Source: Spirochaetia bacterium (lineage in GTDB: Bacteria > Spirochaetota > Spirochaetia > DSM-2461). From it: 64,000 bases of DNA. Positions 58,530 to 64,000 of the stretch are shown here, in pieces. A model generated the notes under the pieces. That model saw only the letters and a program-made list of their open reading frames with translations. It was not told where the DNA came from and searched no databases. The DNA is taken from NCBI GenBank assembly GCA_963668315.1, contig OY764216.1:5280001-5344000 (forward strand), written 5' to 3'. The position numbers were made by a program, and so were the translations under genes. The first letter of the stretch is position 1. Every line of letters starts with the position of its first letter.

Positions 58530-61196
58530 TCATACTGTCATGGGATTGGGCCTGTTCAGATCCAATCCGTATTTTTCCGCTGCCTCGGCCGCGCGGGAGA
58601 CGTCCAGAGTCCCTTCATCGGCCAGGCCCTTAAGGGCATTCACCACGATATGATAACGGTCTATCTCAAAGAACCGCCTCAGCTGCTCCCGCGAATCGCT
58701 CCTGCCGAAACCGTCCGTTCCCAGAACAGTCAGCCGGTTGGGTATCAGCCTGCGTATCTGCTCGGGATAGGCCCTCAGATAATCGGTGCTGATCACCGCC
58801 GGCCCCTCATGCCCCTCCAGAATTTTCGTTACATAAGCCTTTCTGGCCTCCTCCGGATGGGCCAGATTCCAGCGCTCCGTATCAATGCCGTCCCTATGCA
58901 GCTGATTGATGCCCGGAACGGACCAGACATCGGATTCGACCTTCCAGTCCTCCCTGAGGAGCTCGGCAGCCGCCAGTACCTCCTGAAAAATCGCCCCGGA
59001 GCCCATCAGCTGCACCCGGGGGCCCTTTCCTTTCCCGGAAGAGTAGAGATACATGCCCCGGCGTACTCCCTCGGCGATCCGCTCCCCCTCTTTGCCTTCG
59101 GGGAGAGCCGGCTGGGGATAGTTCTGATTAAGCAGAGTAATGTAGTAAAAGCCCGGTTCCCCCTCGCCGTACATCCGACGCAGGCCGTCCTGTACGATCA
59201 CGGCCAGTTCGTAGGAAAAGGCCGGATCATAGGCGGTGCAGGTGGGAATCGTGGAAGCAAGAAGAAGGCCGTGGCCGTCCTGATGCTGCAGCCCCTCCCC
59301 GTTCAAAGTCGTCCGGCCGGAGGTTGCCCCGAGCAGGAACCCTTTGGCCCGTATATCCCCGGCCAGCCAGGCCAGATCCCCAATTCTCTGGAATCCGAAC
59401 ATGGAGTAGAAAATGTAAAAGGGGATCATATTGACGCCGTAATGGGAGTAAGCCGTTCCCGCCGCCAGCCAGGAGGACATGGAACCGGATTCGTTGATTC
59501 CCTCCTCCAGGATCTGCCCCTTCGCATCCTCCCGATACCACATGACCGCGTCCGAATCGACCGGCTCGTAGAGCTGGCCCGTGGGAGCGTAGATGCCCAT
59601 CTGCCTGAAAAGCCCCTCCATGCCGAAGGTCCTCGCCTCATCGGGAATGATGGGGACGATCCGCGGTCCCAGTTCCTTATCCCTTCCCAGGGAGCTGATC
59701 ATCCGCACAAAGGCCATGGTGGTGGACATATCCTTGCCCCCGGAACCTTTGGTAACGGACGAGAAGGCATCCAGTGCGGGAATTTCCATGGGAACGGCAT
59801 TCTTCATTCTGGCGGGGACCGGACCGCCCAGGGCATCCCGGCTCTCTTTGAGGAAACGCATTTCTTTGCTGTCCTCCGCCGGTTTGATAAAGGGCAGGTC
59901 ATCCAGCTCCTCATCATTCAGGGGAACGCGGAACCGGTCACGGAACACCTTGAGCGACTCCAGATCCATCTTCTTCTGGGAATGGGTGTCATTGGCCGCT
60001 TCTCCCGCCTGGCCCATGCCGAACCCCTTGATGGTCTTGGCCAGGATTACCGTGGGCTGCCCCGTATGCTTCACGGCCCGGGCATAGGCGGCGTAAATCT
60101 TGCGGGGGTCATGACCGCCCCGGCTCAGCTTGAAAAGCTCGTAATCGGACATATCCTTTACCAGTTCCAGAAGCTCGGGATACTTCCCGAAGAACTTCTC
60201 CCGCATGTAGGCGCCGCCCCTGGCTTTGTAAACCTGGTACTCCCCGTCGACAACTTCGTTCATCCGCTTAATAAGCAGGCCCGATTTGTCCCGGGCCAGA
60301 AGGGCGTCCCACTCGGTTCCCCAGATGACCTTGATGACATTCCAGCCGGCACCCCGGAAGTTTCCCTCCAACTCCTGAATGATTTTGCCGTTTCCCCGGA
60401 CAGGCCCGTCCAGCCTCTGGAGGTTGCAGTTGATCACGAAGATCAGGTTATCCAGATTCTCCCGGGCGGCCAGACTGATAGCCCCCTGGGCTTCGGGCTC
60501 GTCCGTCTCCCCGTCGCCCAGGAAAGCCCAGACCTTCCTCTTACCCGTCGCGGCCAGTCCCCTGGCTTCCATATACCTCATAAAGCGGGCCTGGTAGATG
60601 GCCTGGATGGGACCGAGCCCCATGCTTACCGTGGGGAACTGCCAGAAATCGGGCATCAGCCACGGGTGGGGATAGGAGGAGAGCCCCTTCCCTTCCACCT
60701 CTTCGCGGAAATGGTCCAGCTGCTCTTCCGTCAGCCGTCCCTCGAGAAAAGCCCGGGAGTACATCCCCGGAGAGATATGGCCCTGAAAAAAAATAAGGTC
60801 CCCCCCGTCTTCATGGGAAGGACCTTTGAAAAAATAATCGAACCCTACTTCGTACAGGGCCGCGCTGGAAGCGAAACTGGCGATATGACCGCCCAGCCCC
60901 GTTCCCTTCCGGTTGGCCCGGACAACCATGGCCATGGCATTCCATCGGATATATGCGGCCAGGGACCGGGGAATATCCGTATCGCCCGGCATCCTCTCCG
61001 ACTCTTCGGGAGGAATTGTATTCACATAGGGCGTCGTGGCCTTATAAGGAACACTCACTCCCTTACCCCTGGCCCTGTCTATCAGTTCCTGAAGAAGGAA
61101 GTGGGCCTTTTCCGAACCCTCTTCCCTGATGACTCCTTCTATGGCTTCCAGCCACTCCCGGGTTTCTTCCGGGTCCTTATCTATCATGTCGGACAT
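58530..61196 (-). CDS. aceE: Pyruvate dehydrogenase E1, homodimeric type
   Basis: DPEETREW, GGHIASF, SSYPHP, GDGETDEPE, EGLQHQD and GTDGFGRSD. Confidence 0.96.
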   Translation of the reverse strand: MSDMIDKDPEETREWLEAIEGVIREEGSEKAHFLLQELIDRARGKGVSVPYKATTPYVNTIPPEESERMPGDTDIPRSLAAYIRWNAMAMVVRANRKGTGLGGHIASFASSAALYEVGFDYFFKGPSHEDGGDLIFFQGHISPGMYSRAFLEGRLTEEQLDHFREEVEGKGLSSYPHPWLMPDFWQFPTVSMGLGPIQAIYQARFMRYMEARGLAATGKRKVWAFLGDGETDEPEAQGAISLAARENLDNLIFVINCNLQRLDGPVRGNGKIIQELEGNFRGAGWNVIKVIWGTEWDALLARDKSGLLIKRMNEVVDGEYQVYKARGGAYMREKFFGKYPELLELVKDMSDYELFKLSRGGHDPRKIYAAYARAVKHTGQPTVILAKTIKGFGMGQAGEAANDTHSQKKMDLESLKVFRDRFRVPLNDEELDDLPFIKPAEDSKEMRFLKESRDALGGPVPARMKNAVPMEIPALDAFSSVTKGSGGKDMSTTMAFVRMISSLGRDKELGPRIVPIIPDEARTFGMEGLFRQMGIYAPTGQLYEPVDSDAVMWYREDAKGQILEEGINESGSMSSWLAAGTAYSHYGVNMIPFYIFYSMFGFQRIGDLAWLAGDIRAKGFLLGATSGRTTLNGEGLQHQDGHGLLLASTIPTCTAYDPAFSYELAVIVQDGLRRMYGEGEPGFYYITLLNQNYPQPALPEGKEGERIAEGVRRGMYLYSSGKGKGPRVQLMGSGAIFQEVLAAAELLREDWKVESDVWSVPGINQLHRDGIDTERWNLAHPEEARKAYVTKILEGHEGPAVISTDYLRAYPEQIRRLIPNRLTVLGTDGFGRSDSREQLRRFFEIDRYHIVVNALKGLADEGTLDVSRAAEAAEKYGLDLNRPNPMTV

Positions 61197-61263
61197 GGCG
61201 CACCTCTTAAATCGTTATATAAATTTAAGATACTAAATCCGATATATTTAGGAAAGACTATTT

Positions 61264-62622
61264 TTAGTTTTCTTCACTATTTCCACAAAAACCGATTTTT
61301 ACGGTGAACAGGACGGAATCCCCGGCGTTCTCGGCCCCTATCGTTCCCCCGTGGATACGGGCGATGGCCTGGGCGATGGATAATCCCAGGCCGGAGCCAT
61401 GCCCCTCCCGGGAACGGCTGCCCCGGTACAGGCGGTCGAAGATCCGCAGGAGATCCCTCTCGGGGATATGGCCCGTATTGCGGACCTCGAAGACCGTATC
61501 CTGAGCCTCTTTCCTCAGGGAAACGCCAACCAGTCCTCCCGCTTCCCCATACTGCAGTGCATTCTGAATGACATTGGAGAGGCATCGCTGCATGAGAGCT
61601 TCATCGGCCTCAAAGGAGAATGACTCACCGGAAAATGTCAGGGTAAGTCCCTTCTGTCCGGCGAGGAAGGAAAATCGATCTTCCATCTCTTCGAGAAAAA
61701 GAAGGGACTGAATCCTTTTCTTTCTGATTTTCATTTCCGGCGACTCGTAACGGCTCAGCTCCTGAAGATTCAGAACAAGCGCCTCCATCCTGCCCACTTC
61801 AGACAGAAGCCCCCTGACTCTTTCGGGATTGATCTGAAGGGCCCCGTCCACCATTGCCTCGAACTGGGATATGACCGCCGTCAGCGGTGTTTTGAGATCA
61901 TGGGCGATGTCCTGCATCCACTGGCGCCTCAGCTGCTCCTCCTTCGCCAGCTGATGCTGAAGGTTCAGGGCGGAACGGCCGATCTGGTCCAGTTCCAAAA
62001 TCCCCATTTCGGGAAAGGAAACATCCCTTCCCCCCCGGCCGAGACGGCGGATCCCCTTAACAAGAGACCCCGTCTGGCGGGAGAATCCGGTAGAGATATA
62101 CCCGGCGATGATGAGAGAGAGGACAAAGGTGAGGCATATGCCGGCGGCGACGGCCCTTATCATGGTATTGAGAAAGTCCCGGTTGGCCCTGTCGGCCAGG
62201 AAATCGACCGTATCAGATACCAGGTAGGCGATGATGTCCTCCCCTTCCCGAATCTCCACAGAAGGCGGGGAGGCGAGCAGGCCGCCCCCGGGAAGCTTGG
62301 TCGGCGAATCGGGGGGACCTTTGCTGCCCCCGCTGAAGATAAAGACCGGCTCCTTGCTGCTGTCGAAGATATGCACGTAAAGGGAATCGGTCAGATAAGG
62401 TGACAGGACCTCCTCCAGCCCTTCCTCGGATAACTCGCCGTTGAGGCGGTAGGATTTTGAGATCAGGGGTATCAGCACGGTTTCCAGGTCCTTCCGCTTT
62501 CCCTGATTCCAGCTTGAGATGGATGTTCTGATAGCCAATGTGAGAATAAGGGAAATGACGGTGAGTGTAAGCAGGGATGAAAAAAGCAGGCCGAGAAAAA
62601 GTTTTGAGAAAACGCTTCTCAT
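61264..62622 (-). CDS. Sensor histidine kinase
   Basis: Two TMs, HAMP, AHDLKTPL, NVIQNALQY, FDRLYRG and GSGLGLSI. Confidence 0.92.
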   Translation of the reverse strand: MRSVFSKLFLGLLFSSLLTLTVISLILTLAIRTSISSWNQGKRKDLETVLIPLISKSYRLNGELSEEGLEEVLSPYLTDSLYVHIFDSSKEPVFIFSGGSKGPPDSPTKLPGGGLLASPPSVEIREGEDIIAYLVSDTVDFLADRANRDFLNTMIRAVAAGICLTFVLSLIIAGYISTGFSRQTGSLVKGIRRLGRGGRDVSFPEMGILELDQIGRSALNLQHQLAKEEQLRRQWMQDIAHDLKTPLTAVISQFEAMVDGALQINPERVRGLLSEVGRMEALVLNLQELSRYESPEMKIRKKRIQSLLFLEEMEDRFSFLAGQKGLTLTFSGESFSFEADEALMQRCLSNVIQNALQYGEAGGLVGVSLRKEAQDTVFEVRNTGHIPERDLLRIFDRLYRGSRSREGHGSGLGLSIAQAIARIHGGTIGAENAGDSVLFTVKIGFCGNSEEN

Positions 62623-63320
62623 GACTCCCCGTCCTCCGTGCCTCCGTTAAAGCGGTAACCGAACCCTCTCACCGTGCCTATCCAGTCGGCATCTCCCAAT
62701 TTGGCCCTCAGATTGGCTATATGGGTGTCGACCGTCCTTTCCGAGCCCTCGAAGAGATAATTGAGGCACTCCGTCAATATCCGGCTCCTGCTGATCACGA
62801 CGGCGCTCCTTTCAGCCAGAAAAAGCAGGATCTTCCATTCCGCTCCGGTGAGATGAACTTCGTCATCGTCCAGAACGATTCGGTGGGTATCCTCGTCAAG
62901 ACGAAGCGTATGCCCCTCCAGATTCCAGCTCGTATTCTTGCGAGCCGGCGGTTCTTTGCGGGAACATCTCTTCAGAAGGGCCTCCACCCGCAGGATAAGC
63001 TCCCTGGAGGAGAAGGGCTTGACCACGTAATCGTCCGCTCCTATCTCAAACCCCAGTATCCGGTCCAATTCCGAGTCCTTGGCGGTAAGGAACATAAGGG
63101 GGATATCTCCGGAAGCACGGACCTTCCTGGCAAGTTCGAATCCGTTGCCGTCGGGAAGCATCACATCGAGAATCATTAGGTCCACCGGGTTCTTCCCTAC
63201 CAGCGGGACGACCCCCTCCACTCCGGAAAACTCATAAACCTTGTGGCTATTCAGCGTCAGATAGCCGGCGATGGCTTCCCGGATGAAATCGTTGTCCTCT
63301 ACTATTACAATGCTGCTCAC
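62619..63320 (-). CDS. OmpR family response regulator
   Basis: VEDN, LDVMLP, GADDYVVKPF, RTVDTHI and TVRGFGY. Confidence 0.94.
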   Translation of the reverse strand: MSSIVIVEDNDFIREAIAGYLTLNSHKVYEFSGVEGVVPLVGKNPVDLMILDVMLPDGNGFELARKVRASGDIPLMFLTAKDSELDRILGFEIGADDYVVKPFSSRELILRVEALLKRCSRKEPPARKNTSWNLEGHTLRLDEDTHRIVLDDDEVHLTGAEWKILLFLAERSAVVISRSRILTECLNYLFEGSERTVDTHIANLRAKLGDADWIGTVRGFGYRFNGGTEDGES

Positions 63321-63330
63321 GGGAAACCTC

Positions 63331-63999
63331 CTAACGGGAATACTTGATCAGCCGCAGGGTAAAATTCCCCTTTGATTCACTCTTCCTCACCCAGTTTCCC
63401 CTGTCGTCGTATATATAGCGGGTGCCATCCATGAGGGAGCCGTCCGCGGCGATGCTCTCCTCGGACAACAGCTCTCCGTTCAGTCCGTATCGGTAGCGTA
63501 TCTCCTTTTTGAGAGTTCCGTCGGGCATCTCGAGCCTCATCAAAGTCAGCCGATCCCCTTCATAGGTATAGCTCGCGGTCTCATACGCCCCGTTGGCATC
63601 GAATCTCTTCTCCTCCGAAAGCCTTCCCCCGTCATCATAGGAGAAGGACACCCTTTTCAGAAGGCTCCCGTCCCCGAAAAGAGTCGTCCGTCCCGTAAGG
63701 AAAGATTCCTCATCATAGGTATAGCTCTCCTCGAGACTGACCGCACCGGCGGAATCCACTCGCTTCTTTCCGAGAAGGAGCCCCCCCTCGCCATAGGTAT
63801 AGAGGTCGCTCCCCTCCGGTTGTCCTTCCCCATCCAGGGACGTCTCCTTCATCAGCAGGTTGCTCTCCCCGTATTCGTACTGGTAAGTCCAGAGGATCTG
63901 ATCCGATTCGCTCCTCCCCTCGATCTTCAGGATAGCGCCCCCTCCTGAATGGGTATAGAGCTTACGGCTCTTGAGGTTGCCCTCCCCGTCAAAGAGATC
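63331..63999 (-). CDS. Partial YD/RHS-like repeat protein (5' end outside the window)
   Basis: Frame open to the window edge; recurring Y(T/S)YD..G.L..E units of about 24 aa. Confidence 0.7.
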   Translation of the reverse strand, partial: DLFDGEGNLKSRKLYTHSGGGAILKIEGRSESDQILWTYQYEYGESNLLMKETSLDGEGQPEGSDLYTYGEGGLLLGKKRVDSAGAVSLEESYTYDEESFLTGRTTLFGDGSLLKRVSFSYDDGGRLSEEKRFDANGAYETASYTYEGDRLTLMRLEMPDGTLKKEIRYRYGLNGELLSEESIAADGSLMDGTRYIYDDRGNWVRKSESKGNFTLRLIKYSR

Positions 64000-64000
64000 T

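Noticed and set aside
61220..61246. Sigma28-like TAAA..CCGATAT
   Set aside because: Spacing is one base short and it would point antisense into the kinase gene
58503..61307. 934-aa plus-strand ORF
   Set aside because: Antisense shadow of aceE with no recognisable motifs; long antisense frames are expected with GC-rich codon usage
63331..64000. RHS/YD polymorphic toxin
   Set aside because: The repeats run to the stop with no PxxxxDPxG core end, toxin tip or immunity gene; the gene is truncated by the window

Overview
Gene-dense bacterial chromosomal window of about 60 CDS. It is probably from a free-living spirochaete (inferred from CheX, ARGxxE-type signal-peptide ends and the style of the AroK and PGM sequences). 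I saw no rRNA, tRNA, CRISPR array, prophage or transposase. Housekeeping genes include rlmE, ferritin, hflKC, pepT, gap, ybaK, trpS, aroK, cheX, trxA, leuCD and aceE-aceF-lpdA. The most notable observations are: (1) a complete, unannotated Trp-Trp leader-peptide transcription attenuator, probably leaderless, upstream of a motif-divergent trpS; (2) a menA-like / Ndh2-DoxX / polyprenyl synthase module resembling the flavin-based extracellular electron transfer core, with repeated [DE]AV[ST] motifs in the DoxX loop; (3) a GntR/YtrA-SPFH-ABC-three permease-LolA-like-barrel operon whose promoter is covered by a perfect 46-bp palindrome; (4) a sigma54-type hsp20 and, 12.5 kb away, its decayed paralog, which keeps a mutated promoter and a matching upstream site; (5) two diverged copies of a roughly 110-bp multibranched GC-rich element with compensatory base changes; (6) a candidate stand-alone structured sRNA next to cheX; (7) a two-component system preceded by two paralogous secreted proteins, one with a 16-aa Q/D/C tandem repeat. 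All calls come from reading motifs by eye; no database searches were run.
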